From a phage, in sequence record PZ445427.1: a DNA stretch of 64,000 bases; one strand, 5' to 3'. Positions 30,238 through 39,736 of this stretch are shown piece after piece. Within the stretch, counting starts at the first letter, position 1. Every line of letters starts with the position of its first letter. The position numbers and the translations under genes were made by a program. Below the pieces are notes generated by a model. The model did not search any database. It saw nothing but the letters and a program-made list of their open reading frames with translations, and had not been told where the DNA came from.

Positions 30238-31011
30238 TTAGTCGTCCAGATCGCTAGCAGCTTCAGCGTCGATGCCTTTCTGAGAACCAGCATCTCCACC
30301 AGACTTAGCGTCACCGCCGTCTTGCTTCTCACGACCTTCCATGAAGGCGAGAATAGCTTCTTTCTGCTCTTCATAGGACGGAACCGGGTAGGTTTCTTCC
30401 AGAGAAGGAACTTTTTCGAACTTGATGAACTCACCAGTATCATCACACATAGCTTCACCGAGGATATCAACATCAGCGGCGTGCAGTTTAGACTCAGCAC
30501 TGGTAGGATCTTTCAGTTTCATCTGGAACTGCATTGCTGCGATCTGCTGTACATCGTACTCAGTATCGAAGCCTTTACCTTTCTTCTCGATAGAAATATC
30601 GATATCGAATGGATCTGCCAGTTCAAGCTGCTTCATGATAGACTGGATGCCTTTCAGGATAGTAGCTTTAACTTCCATAACTTTCAGTTTGTTATCGGAA
30701 CGGTCGATAACGAAGGCGATGTAGTTTTTCTTCGGTTTCAGCGGAACACGATTACCCTCTTTGTCCAGCTCTTTTTCGAAGAAGCCCATTTCGTGAATCG
30801 GGTCAGCTTTACCGCGAATGAAGCTCTCTTTAGTACGGTTGAAACGCAGGCACTCAAACGGAGCTGCATTACCATCTTTGTTAGTCAGCCAGTAGACATA
30901 ACGTGGAAGAACACCAGAAACGATACGAACACGAGTTACACCGTTGTTGAATTTCAGGAAGTCGATTTTATCGTTAGAACCGCCAGTAGTTTCGCCCCAA
31001 GACTTAGCCAT
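30238..31011 (-). CDS. Putative ssDNA-binding / replication accessory protein with acidic C-terminal tail
   Basis: 257 aa; Gly/Asp-rich acidic C-terminus (...GGDAKSGGDAGSQKGIDAEAASDLDD) reminiscent of phage SSB tails; host-like codon usage; assignment tentative. Confidence 0.4.
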   Translation of the reverse strand: MAKSWGETTGGSNDKIDFLKFNNGVTRVRIVSGVLPRYVYWLTNKDGNAAPFECLRFNRTKESFIRGKADPIHEMGFFEKELDKEGNRVPLKPKKNYIAFVIDRSDNKLKVMEVKATILKGIQSIMKQLELADPFDIDISIEKKGKGFDTEYDVQQIAAMQFQMKLKDPTSAESKLHAADVDILGEAMCDDTGEFIKFEKVPSLEETYPVPSYEEQKEAILAFMEGREKQDGGDAKSGGDAGSQKGIDAEAASDLDD

Positions 31012-31366
31012 ATTTTATTTCCTCTTTAAAGATTATCTTCGATTTATTGATTGCAATTAGTGGGTTAGTATCGATTACAGAACGTGGTATCCATACGGGA
31101 ACATATTGCATGTCCAAACTCGGATCGTTTGTAAACTTATATTCGGCATAATTTCGTAGACTTAGAATTCCTAGATATTCTGCCAGTTGTCTATTAGACA
31201 ATTTGTAAGGGTTATCAACAATAGTTGATTCATTCAAGATGAATGAAGAACCGACCAGTAGTTGGTGAGCATCAGGCTCTGCAAGCATTCTATTAAATAG
31301 CTTGACAATCAGGTCGGAGTTTCCTCTAGCTAAGAGGTAAATTCTCTCGTAATCGAAGAATTTCAT
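31004..31366 (-). CDS. Hypothetical protein
   Basis: 120 aa ORF with ATG at 31366 preceded by a TGAGAGA-type RBS and a TATAAT promoter. Confidence 0.45.
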   Translation of the reverse strand: MKFFDYERIYLLARGNSDLIVKLFNRMLAEPDAHQLLVGSSFILNESTIVDNPYKLSNRQLAEYLGILSLRNYAEYKFTNDPSLDMQYVPVWIPRSVIDTNPLIAINKSKIIFKEEIKYG

Positions 31367-31393
31367 TTTTGTCTCTCATCAATTTATGTATAT

Positions 31394-31423
31394 ATTATAC
31401 ATTAAATCGGGAGGATTTGACAA
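31394..31423 (-). promoter_or_regulatory. Early sigma70 promoter (proximal) for gene 31004-31366
   Basis: On the - strand TTGTCA, 18-nt spacer, TATAAT, followed by the T5-type leader ...AAATTGATGAGAGAC... and the ATG. Confidence 0.6.
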
Positions 31424-31494
31424 GTACAATTTTTATTTTTCTGCTTCGGACTTTCTTATCAATCCGAAACTTTCTCTCTCAAATTTATGTGTAT

Positions 31495-31523
31495 ATTATA
31501 CAATAATTATGAGCAGTTGCCAA
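31495..31523 (-). promoter_or_regulatory. Early sigma70 promoter (distal duplicate) downstream of the HNH gene
   Basis: On the - strand TTGGCA, 17-nt spacer, TATAAT, followed by ATAAATTTGAGAGAG leader but no adjacent ORF. Confidence 0.55.
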
Positions 31524-31531
31524 ATGCAATT

Positions 31532-32062
31532 TTACTTATCTAAGTCCTCACGTCGGCAAATATATCCTTTGAATAGTTCTTGCCTGGAATCCATACCTAG
31601 ATGCTGTGCTCTAAGTTCGTTAGCTTTATTTATAGCTAACTCTAATTCTTCATAAGGGAATAACCCACCATATATTTTAACACCTATACAGTTAGTTATT
31701 TCTACTTTCCATTTAGAAGAGTTAGTATCCCAGTGTATACCTAAGTATCCCGAAGTACTTCTAGTGTTTCTGTTTCTGCAGTTTTGCTGATGTGTGGTCT
31801 CTCGCAAGTTATTCCACCTATTATCCCATCTTATACGATTAATATGGTCTATCTCTTCAGGAAACCTGCCTTCCATGTATAGGAAGGCTAGCCTATGCGC
31901 AGGATAAGATATTTTATCTATTTTTATATAAACATAACCATTAGAATTACGAGACCCAGCAATACTTCCTTTTGCAGCTCTACCTTTAGCTACTCTACGA
32001 GTAAAATCACCTGTATCTGGATTATACTCGAAAAGTTCTTTGAGCTTATCTTGTGTTATCAT
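31532..32062 (-). CDS. HNH homing endonuclease
   Basis: 176 aa; HNH_3-type motif ...EIDHINRIRWDNRWNNLRETTHQQN...; inserted between helicase and the downstream early genes. Confidence 0.7.
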   Translation of the reverse strand: MITQDKLKELFEYNPDTGDFTRRVAKGRAAKGSIAGSRNSNGYVYIKIDKISYPAHRLAFLYMEGRFPEEIDHINRIRWDNRWNNLRETTHQQNCRNRNTRSTSGYLGIHWDTNSSKWKVEITNCIGVKIYGGLFPYEELELAINKANELRAQHLGMDSRQELFKGYICRREDLDK

Positions 32063-32063
32063 T

Positions 32064-33410
32064 TTATGCCTTAAATACTTCCTGGGCTAATCTAACTGCT
32101 TTCTCCGGAGTCATAGTAATAGTTTTCCACGCATTATTGCGATACACGGCCATACGTCCAGAAGCCTGTCTTAAACCAGTACCTCCTTTCATAATTAGAT
32201 CTACAACAATCGGATCTAGCTTTCCGTCAACAATACGTTGAACGCGGCCTGCTAACTGTTCTATGAGAGATTCATTATTAATGAGACTTCCCATTATTAA
32301 ACAAGACAGCTCGTTAAGAGAAATACCTTCTGAGAAGATACTCTGAGCTGCTGCAAGCACACAGGGTCCGCCCTCCGCTACATCTTTCTGGATTCTCAAT
32401 CGGTCATCCAAAGGAGTTGCACCTATAATCTCATAGGTTGTAACACCACGTTGTGCGAGAGCTTCTAATATTGTTTGGATTAGTTCCGTCCTATCACTTA
32501 CAAAGAGAACCTTATGCCCCATAGACACATATAAATGTGCTAGGTTTATAATAGTTTCCCGATATTCAGGATGATTATATACATCATTAGCACGTAGTGC
32601 CCACGGTACGTTCTGGTTTCCTGATAATTCTACAGGCACGGAGTACCTATGGATTGTGGGTGGAACAGTATTATTAACCGGAGGACTAAAGATCTTATAT
32701 CCAAAGAAGTCTTTGAACATAACTTGTAGCCCATCTTTACGTTTTAATGTACCTGATAGACCGATCTTGTAGCGAGCACATGAGATCTCTAGGAAATTAG
32801 TGAAAGTTGTAGCTACACAGTGGTGAACTTCATCAACTATAACAGTACCGAATACCTTAGAAAGATTATTCGCATGTTTGTTCACTGTTTGTATATTACT
32901 GACCACGATTGGTGGATCAATGTTATACTTTCCAGAACCTATAATACCCGGCTCGAATCCAAACCATTTACGAACTTCTGCAGCCCACATTTCACGAATG
33001 GATGTGTTAGTGCAGATTACCAGAGTTTTCTGGCCAAACTTATATGCAAGAGCTAGAGCTAGGATAGTTTTACCAAATCCAGGCTTACCATTAATAATAC
33101 AGGTATCATCGCACTCTTCATATATAGGAAGCTGATCTTCTTCACGTAGCTTGAACTGAGGTTCTGGTATTTCTACCGGAGCTAATGTGCGTTTATCAAC
33201 TAATTCGTATTTTACTCCCTTAGCATCTAGCAAATCCAGACGCGTAATGGGAATCCACTTAATCTCTTTAGCAACAACACCACTATTCTTATACATAATA
33301 GGGTATTTACTAGTCATTGTCTCGATGTGGTAAGTGGTTTGTTTACTACAATAATCCCAGAGTTCATCATCGGGCTTGAAATAGGCTTTATTAGATATAA
33401 CAACCTTCAT
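32064..33410 (-). CDS. SF2 (DEAD/DEAH-box) DNA helicase (T5 D10-like)
   Basis: 448 aa; Walker A GKPGFGKT, Walker B VIVDEVHH, helicase C-terminal motifs. Confidence 0.8.
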   Translation of the reverse strand: MKVVISNKAYFKPDDELWDYCSKQTTYHIETMTSKYPIMYKNSGVVAKEIKWIPITRLDLLDAKGVKYELVDKRTLAPVEIPEPQFKLREEDQLPIYEECDDTCIINGKPGFGKTILALALAYKFGQKTLVICTNTSIREMWAAEVRKWFGFEPGIIGSGKYNIDPPIVVSNIQTVNKHANNLSKVFGTVIVDEVHHCVATTFTNFLEISCARYKIGLSGTLKRKDGLQVMFKDFFGYKIFSPPVNNTVPPTIHRYSVPVELSGNQNVPWALRANDVYNHPEYRETIINLAHLYVSMGHKVLFVSDRTELIQTILEALAQRGVTTYEIIGATPLDDRLRIQKDVAEGGPCVLAAAQSIFSEGISLNELSCLIMGSLINNESLIEQLAGRVQRIVDGKLDPIVVDLIMKGGTGLRQASGRMAVYRNNAWKTITMTPEKAVRLAQEVFKA

Positions 33411-33904
33411 AATTTTATTCTAAGTCTAGGAATTTCAGGCTCCTCTTGATGGACTTGATAAATAACAGGGCTATTATTTACCAGAATATAGCTTATATAA
33501 GCTGGAACATAGGATAGCACGAATGGATATGGGACTTTAGCCACATAGCATTGATACTTTCCATTATAAATTCTTGCAGAATGCAGAACTTTAGACGTGA
33601 TAACATCGTAGAACGTAGTTTTCTTCCAGTTAATGAGATTTCCATCAGAATCTATGAACTGGCTACGCTTTGACCCAACTAATTGGGACAACATTGATAT
33701 TCTACCACGAATAGGATAGAGCTTATAAGGTAATTCTTTCCGCTTCTCAAATAAGGCTAACCTACGTTGAGAGAATGTGCCAGGCAACTCCCTGTTATCT
33801 AGCACATATTTATTATATCTTGTTGTAATTACGGAATAATCACCTTCCTGCTCAATTGATACAAATGCCCGTAAAGCATATACGGGCAATTTGAAATCAA
33901 GCAC
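33407..33904 (-). CDS. Hypothetical protein
   Basis: 165 aa ORF translationally coupled between DNA polymerase and helicase genes. Confidence 0.45.
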   Translation of the reverse strand: MLDFKLPVYALRAFVSIEQEGDYSVITTRYNKYVLDNRELPGTFSQRRLALFEKRKELPYKLYPIRGRISMLSQLVGSKRSQFIDSDGNLINWKKTTFYDVITSKVLHSARIYNGKYQCYVAKVPYPFVLSYVPAYISYILVNNSPVIYQVHQEEPEIPRLRIKL

Positions 33905-36464
33905 CTAAAATCCTTTTCACATTATCCAGATCTTTACATACAGCAATAAACTTATCATCCTTGTACTTGCTGTGGTCTGGATGCTCTTTATCCATTGCAG
34001 CTAACTTCTTATACTCGAAATCTGCATCGAGTAATACACCCTTAACATAACGAGTATATTCATCATCATCAATACAAGCGATTGATGGGTGCTGTTTCTT
34101 CATCTTACCACAAGAGTAGTCACGAGAACCACCTTTCTCAGAATCAGAATCAATACCGATTGGGCAGCCAGGGATACTAATACCACGATCCTTCTGGATG
34201 TTACGAATCAGAATCTCGTTATACTGATCAATCAGATCTTCACGTACAATAGCAACCACGGAGTCGTGAACCAACATGACAATCTTCATCTCTTTTCCTA
34301 GACCCAGGGACAGGATTTCTTCATCAGCATCAATAGCACCTAACAACAGGCTATCAGAAGATGCAGACTGAATGATTGCGTTAAATCCAGAACGGATTTC
34401 TTCACCCTGAACACCACGATCTTCGGAGTGGATATTGTGCAGACGACGCTTACGACCAAAGTGACTATAGATGAATCCAAAGTTCTTGATCTGATCGTGG
34501 CACTTATCAATCCAACGCTTAAGCTGAGGGAACTGACCGAAGTAAGTTTCGATATAGTCCTTCGCATCTGCAACGGTACATTCAACAAACGGTTCGCCTG
34601 TCTTAGCGGCCTGTTCCAGAAGAGCTTCGTTAACAGAGTGAGCGACTTTAGCTGGGCCAGAACCATACAGAATACCGAAGGTAATTGCCTTAGCAGCCTG
34701 ACGCAGAGCTGGGAACAACTTCTTAACATCACGCGGTTCACAGGTCAGTTTAAATACCATGTGTGCGATGTTTGAGTGGAAGTCAGGGTATTTATCAGGC
34801 TCATTCTTCATGTTGATAAATACTTGTTGCATATTTCTGTCACCAGACAGAACAGCAGCATAATAAACTTCCGCAGTTGTTAAGTCCCATGCGATTACAC
34901 GATATCCAGGAGGAGCTACTACACAACCCTTGATAATAGATTCATCACGTGGTAGCTGTTGCAGGTTCAGCTTACCAGAAGAACTCAGACGACCAGAAGT
35001 AGTCATATGTTCATGGAAACCAGTACGAATGCAACCATCTGCATCAATGCTCAGAAGAATCTTCTCAACATAAGTAGAGATCAGCTTAGTCAGCTTACGA
35101 ATCTCTAGCAGAGTCTTAGCAATTGGATGCTGAGTAGCCAGTTCGTTCAGAGCTTCTGCGTTTGTAGAATCTGCACCTGTATCTGTCAGCTTACCAGTTG
35201 GAGTCAGACCAACATAATCAAATAAAAGAACACGGAGCTGCTTAACAGAGTTAGGGTTAAATGCTTCGTTCTGGTCTTTTTCTAGCTGAACGACTTCTGG
35301 ATAAGTATACAGTTTCTCACGAGCCTTGTTCAGATTGTGAGTTAGCTGATACTGAGCTTCTTTCAAGCGATCAACAGAAATCGGTACACCACGATCTTCC
35401 ACACGTTGCAAGAATACACAACCAGGCATCAGAACGTCATAGTATAGACTGCAAAGCTTTTCATTCTTCTCAATTTTCGGTAAGAAGAAGTTATGCAGAC
35501 GCAGAGTAGCATCGGTATCTTTTGCAGCATAAGGCCACATAATATCAAATGGAATCAGATCATAGCTGAAATCTTCTTTCTTGATCTTATGTGCTTTGCA
35601 ATAATCCTCCTTGAACTTATCCAGTTCAAAGTCATAATCACCCATGTCAGTATACTTCATAGCCAGAGATTTCAGGCCGTGAGTACCACGACGTTCATCA
35701 AGAACATAGTGTTGTAACATGGTATCGTGAAGTCTACGCTCTTTATGTGCTTTCTCAAAGGAAAGTCCTAGATGATAGGAGTAAAAGTGCATATCAAACT
35801 TCAAGTTATGAAAAACGATCTGATGATTCTTGCTATCCAGAATTTTCTGGAGATAATGTACAGCTACTTCGGTGATACTGTCAGAGTCAATATAGACACC
35901 CTGATACTCTTGGTGAGACATAGAAACACCAAGCAGATAACCATCACGAGCATACAGAGCCGAGGTTTCGGAGTCGAATGCGATAGGCCCGATAACCATG
36001 TTATACACCATCTTGATGTATTCTTCAGCTTCATCTGGATCAGTAATAGGACGATAGTCACCGGCTTTTGCAATCTTCTCACGACCATTAATAATGTCGT
36101 GAATACTTTCTACAGTTGCTTCAAAGACCGGTTTCATTTCAGGCTTAAAGTGTAGCTGAGCTGGACTGATACTTGCAATCCAGTTGGCGTAGCCACCATG
36201 CTCTACACGTTTACCAGTATAATCACCGATACCTTTCTTACCTGCGAAATACAGGAAAGGTTCAGCACCAACTAGTACCACAAAATCGTAATCGTTCGGA
36301 TCGAACGGGTTATCTGGAGTTCCGATTGTAATATGCTTTTTCAGCAGACGACCAGATAACTTCTCGTTACACATATGGAATACATCAACTTCCTCACCAT
36401 AGAGTTGGAAGTGTTTATCATAACGAGTGTTATTTAGAGCTTTATCAACTACTGCAATTTTCAA
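33897..36464 (-). CDS. DNA polymerase (family A, T5-type) with 3'-5' exonuclease domain
   Basis: 855 aa, the same length as I recall for T5 DNA polymerase; exonuclease motifs (AFDSETSA, YAAKDT) and Pol A motifs (DLTTAEVYYAA, KAITFGILYG, VHDS). Confidence 0.9.
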   Translation of the reverse strand: MKIAVVDKALNNTRYDKHFQLYGEEVDVFHMCNEKLSGRLLKKHITIGTPDNPFDPNDYDFVVLVGAEPFLYFAGKKGIGDYTGKRVEHGGYANWIASISPAQLHFKPEMKPVFEATVESIHDIINGREKIAKAGDYRPITDPDEAEEYIKMVYNMVIGPIAFDSETSALYARDGYLLGVSMSHQEYQGVYIDSDSITEVAVHYLQKILDSKNHQIVFHNLKFDMHFYSYHLGLSFEKAHKERRLHDTMLQHYVLDERRGTHGLKSLAMKYTDMGDYDFELDKFKEDYCKAHKIKKEDFSYDLIPFDIMWPYAAKDTDATLRLHNFFLPKIEKNEKLCSLYYDVLMPGCVFLQRVEDRGVPISVDRLKEAQYQLTHNLNKAREKLYTYPEVVQLEKDQNEAFNPNSVKQLRVLLFDYVGLTPTGKLTDTGADSTNAEALNELATQHPIAKTLLEIRKLTKLISTYVEKILLSIDADGCIRTGFHEHMTTSGRLSSSGKLNLQQLPRDESIIKGCVVAPPGYRVIAWDLTTAEVYYAAVLSGDRNMQQVFINMKNEPDKYPDFHSNIAHMVFKLTCEPRDVKKLFPALRQAAKAITFGILYGSGPAKVAHSVNEALLEQAAKTGEPFVECTVADAKDYIETYFGQFPQLKRWIDKCHDQIKNFGFIYSHFGRKRRLHNIHSEDRGVQGEEIRSGFNAIIQSASSDSLLLGAIDADEEILSLGLGKEMKIVMLVHDSVVAIVREDLIDQYNEILIRNIQKDRGISIPGCPIGIDSDSEKGGSRDYSCGKMKKQHPSIACIDDDEYTRYVKGVLLDADFEYKKLAAMDKEHPDHSKYKDDKFIAVCKDLDNVKRILGA

Positions 36465-36526
36465 ATTTAGTCTCCTTTTGGTAAGTAAGTATAACTTCAG
36501 TGTTTCTTCTCTAACTTACCAATATA

Positions 36527-37417
36527 TTATACCAAATCTTTGAGCGATTCGGCAACTAAAATTTCAATACGTTGAGCCAACATATCGATCTCTTCTTTAT
36601 TTAAATCACCCGGGTCTTTACCTTCTGGAAGAAGGAAGTTACCAATTACAGGTGATAAACGTGTTTTTGTACGAATTAGCTTCGCCAATGCTTGCGCAGC
36701 TTTATTACCAGAAGCATCGTTATCTAGCAAGATAACTACTACTCTTACTCCAGCAATAATGTAAGGGCTGAATTTATCAGCAACGTTATCAGGTGTGAAC
36801 TGATGTGTACCAAAACAGCAAGAAGCATAATCCACACCGTTATCTTCTAGGTTTAACATATCAAAGATACCTTCAACTAGAACAAGAACTGGTGTATTAT
36901 ATCGTACGGGGAAAATCGGTGGTGAAACTTGTTTTGGTTTTACTAAGTATTTAGGAGGGGCAGAACTGTTTATAGAACGTCCCAGGAATAGGATATTGCG
37001 TCCAACAGCATCTGTTATTGGGAATACAATTCTGCCTTCCCAGTCTGCTTGATGTTGGAAAGCAAAATATTTCTTCAAGGTCTTAGAACTGATACCTCGG
37101 AAATCACCTTCGAAAAGGTAAGCAGATTCAGGAATTGCAAGATTCGTAGATCCATTCCTAATCTCTGAAATCTTTTTACGTACTTGTGACAATCTTGGTG
37201 ACTGTCTGTACTGAGTCTCATTAAAATAATGGTAAATGCTCGGTATTCCTCTACCGAAGCCACAACTCAAGCAATGCATAATTCCTGATTCAGGATCAAT
37301 ACGCAAACTTGGGTGTTTATCATCATGATCTGGATTGAGACAACAGATGAGGATATCCCCACCTGTGTCTTTGTATTCAATGCCTTTCAGATCAAGTAGT
37401 TCTGTTATTCTACTCAT
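36527..37417 (-). CDS. DnaG-like DNA primase
   Basis: 296 aa; CHC2 zinc-finger (CCLNPDHDDKHPSLRI...HCLSCGFG) and TOPRIM-like acidic motifs (VLVEGIFDMLNLEDNG, LDNDASG). Confidence 0.8.
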   Translation of the reverse strand: MSRITELLDLKGIEYKDTGGDILICCLNPDHDDKHPSLRIDPESGIMHCLSCGFGRGIPSIYHYFNETQYRQSPRLSQVRKKISEIRNGSTNLAIPESAYLFEGDFRGISSKTLKKYFAFQHQADWEGRIVFPITDAVGRNILFLGRSINSSAPPKYLVKPKQVSPPIFPVRYNTPVLVLVEGIFDMLNLEDNGVDYASCCFGTHQFTPDNVADKFSPYIIAGVRVVVILLDNDASGNKAAQALAKLIRTKTRLSPVIGNFLLPEGKDPGDLNKEEIDMLAQRIEILVAESLKDLV

Positions 37418-38886
37418 ATATCGCTGGCCTGTTCACCTGTTGAATTTTCAGCTTTGTCTTTCTTAGCACGTTTAGGTTGAGCTGGTTTATCCTTTTCAAT
37501 AGGAATAACGAACTCAGCTTCCATTTGCGCAATATCTTCCATTGCTAGGTTGGTAGTGTTATCCATTCGCAGAGTTTCCCAGTTCATCTTAGGCATAAAC
37601 TTCACACTATCAGAGGAACGAGTCTTAACGAAGTCAAACATAATAGCACCTTGACCGTTATCAGCTTTTGCAGCATTAAGATTAGCAGCCATATCTGCGG
37701 AATCAAGAATCCCTTTAGACATACGCGTTCTACCATCTTGGTCAATCTGGTAAGGGGCAACACCAGCCACGTTATGTTTCTGGCAGATAGATTTGAAAGA
37801 TGAACTAACAACCATCTGTTCTTTCCAGTCATACATATCAATGGTCTTTGAATCTGGAAGTCTTGTTTGGTTAATATAGTCTAGAAGAGCTACAGTAACC
37901 TTATCACCATACTTAGCAACTAGTTTATTTAATTCTACATCAACCGTCGTAATAGACAGTTCAGGATCGTAAACGATGATCATAGGAGTGTGAAGCTCAT
38001 AGCCTTCAAGGAGTTTACTTTCCATATCATAGAAGTCACTCATTTTAGCCATAGTGTATTGCTTAACGAAGTTATCGAAAAGCTCTTCACCACCATTAAA
38101 CATCCTAGCCCTAGTTCTGGCTAATCTCAACAGAGCAGCACCTTCAAGAGTGTTATTACGCATTGCTAATGCAGATACTCCAGCTAACATAGCCAGATTA
38201 CGTCTAAACACTTCGTGCTCTTTCATCTCAATTGAGAAATATGGAGCAATGTCTCCATTCAAATATTGCTGAACCTGTATGTTTGAACAGATAATGGATT
38301 TACCAGTACCACGCCAACCACCAAGCAGTAACGTTTCTGTGCGAGCTAAACCAATTTGAGCGTCGAACTCATTACAAATACCAAGAGCGATCAAGTTCAG
38401 TTTGGTATCTTCTTCTCTCTGGAAAATACGCATTGTGTCTGCGTTGAATACCTTTCCAGTATTCGTTACTTTCTCTTCTAATTTTAAGTGAAGGGAGGCA
38501 ACTCGGTTGAGAATTTCTCCCTGATCCAGCATTGTTAAATCTTGAAGCACGTCTGTTTCTAGAAGTTTCAGGAATAGATCCTGCGTATATTCAGCTTCTA
38601 GGACTTCAAGTGCCTGTTCCATGCTCACTTCTGGAATTTGAGTGTTAGCTAAGACGACAAGAGCTTGAGAAAGGCGGGCGTTCCTATTGGCCTCAAGCAT
38701 CAGTGCGTCAATGGACGGCATTGCGTTATATTTCTTATAATAATTCTGGACGGCTTGGTAAATTGAGGAGAAAGCGTCATTAAAATGATCTTTATGCAGT
38801 TTTGAGAATGTTTCCAATGCTACTTGCTTCTGTTCAGAAGCGAGAAGCATCTTCAACACTACAGCTTGCACGTTAAACAAGGTCAT
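37414..38886 (-). CDS. DnaB-like replicative helicase
   Basis: Walker A GGWRGTGKS, RecA-like C-terminal domain; start placed at MTLFNV (38886) with upstream AAGGAG, rather than the alternative-codon track start at 38937. Confidence 0.75.
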   Translation of the reverse strand: MTLFNVQAVVLKMLLASEQKQVALETFSKLHKDHFNDAFSSIYQAVQNYYKKYNAMPSIDALMLEANRNARLSQALVVLANTQIPEVSMEQALEVLEAEYTQDLFLKLLETDVLQDLTMLDQGEILNRVASLHLKLEEKVTNTGKVFNADTMRIFQREEDTKLNLIALGICNEFDAQIGLARTETLLLGGWRGTGKSIICSNIQVQQYLNGDIAPYFSIEMKEHEVFRRNLAMLAGVSALAMRNNTLEGAALLRLARTRARMFNGGEELFDNFVKQYTMAKMSDFYDMESKLLEGYELHTPMIIVYDPELSITTVDVELNKLVAKYGDKVTVALLDYINQTRLPDSKTIDMYDWKEQMVVSSSFKSICQKHNVAGVAPYQIDQDGRTRMSKGILDSADMAANLNAAKADNGQGAIMFDFVKTRSSDSVKFMPKMNWETLRMDNTTNLAMEDIAQMEAEFVIPIEKDKPAQPKRAKKDKAENSTGEQASDI

Positions 38887-38939
38887 TCTCCTTTGCACGC
38901 TTTCGTGCCTTCTAAATGCAAAAAGGGGAAGGAGCATAG

Positions 38940-38968
38940 CCCCCTCCCCTTAGGTTTAATTTACCAGA
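38940..38968 (-). terminator. Intrinsic terminator after gene 38969-39736
   Basis: On the - strand a GC-rich hairpin (GGGGAGG...CCTTCCCC) followed by TTTTT. Confidence 0.6.
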
Positions 38969-39736
38969 TTATTCAGCAGCCGCAGCTTTTGCATCCAGTT
39001 TAGCACGCTTAGCGGCACCATCATAGTCCTTAGCAACCAGACCACGACGAGACAGCATAGATTTAACACCGCGCTCAGACTTACCAGTTTTCTCAGCGAT
39101 CTCAGCAACAGTCATGTTAGCCAGATCCAGACCTTCTAACAGATCTTCACGAGTTTTAGCACTTGAAGTTTCCTGTACCGGCATAGCAGCGATACGACCT
39201 TCACGAAGCAGGCTCAGAGCTTTACCACGAATCTGCTTAATATTGCGACCGAAGTGAGCAGCGATAGCTTCAATAGTAGCACCAGCAACAACCTGATTAA
39301 CGAAATCAGTTTCTTCGTCAGGAGTGAAGGAACGAACAGCAGCAGCTTTTTCAGTTGGCTTAACAGAAGCGGTCATTTCCAGACTCAGGATCTTACCCTG
39401 TACCTGCTTAGCACCGAACTGACCACCAGCTACAGCAGCAGCGATTTCAGCGTAAGTATACTGACCAGCATGAGCGTTCAGGAAATCAACTAGTTCAGCT
39501 TCCTGCTCAGGAGTCCACGGGGATTTCTGTACTTCGTTAGCTTTCTGTACTTCGAAACCTTCTTTACGCAGCTTAGAGCCAACAGAGCGAGCGGTAACGT
39601 CTTTGCCAGTCTCGGTAGCCAGTTCAGCAGCGATAGCAGCTACTTGTTCTTGAGAGATTACAGCAACACCCAGAGCAGTGGCTTTTGCTTTCAGAGACTC
39701 GGTTACACCTTCTACGTTCCAGTTCAGTTTAGACAT
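38969..39736 (-). CDS. Protein composed of four tandem HTH-like repeats (putative DNA- or RNA-polymerase-binding regulator)
   Basis: 255 aa; four repeats of the pattern (T/S)xxEIAxxxGxxxxxVxxKxLSxxGL (for example MTVAEIAEKTGKSERGVKSMLSRRGL) resembling LuxR / sigma70 region 4 HTH; host-like codon usage. Confidence 0.5.
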   Translation of the reverse strand: MSKLNWNVEGVTESLKAKATALGVAVISQEQVAAIAAELATETGKDVTARSVGSKLRKEGFEVQKANEVQKSPWTPEQEAELVDFLNAHAGQYTYAEIAAAVAGGQFGAKQVQGKILSLEMTASVKPTEKAAAVRSFTPDEETDFVNQVVAGATIEAIAAHFGRNIKQIRGKALSLLREGRIAAMPVQETSSAKTREDLLEGLDLANMTVAEIAEKTGKSERGVKSMLSRRGLVAKDYDGAAKRAKLDAKAAAAE

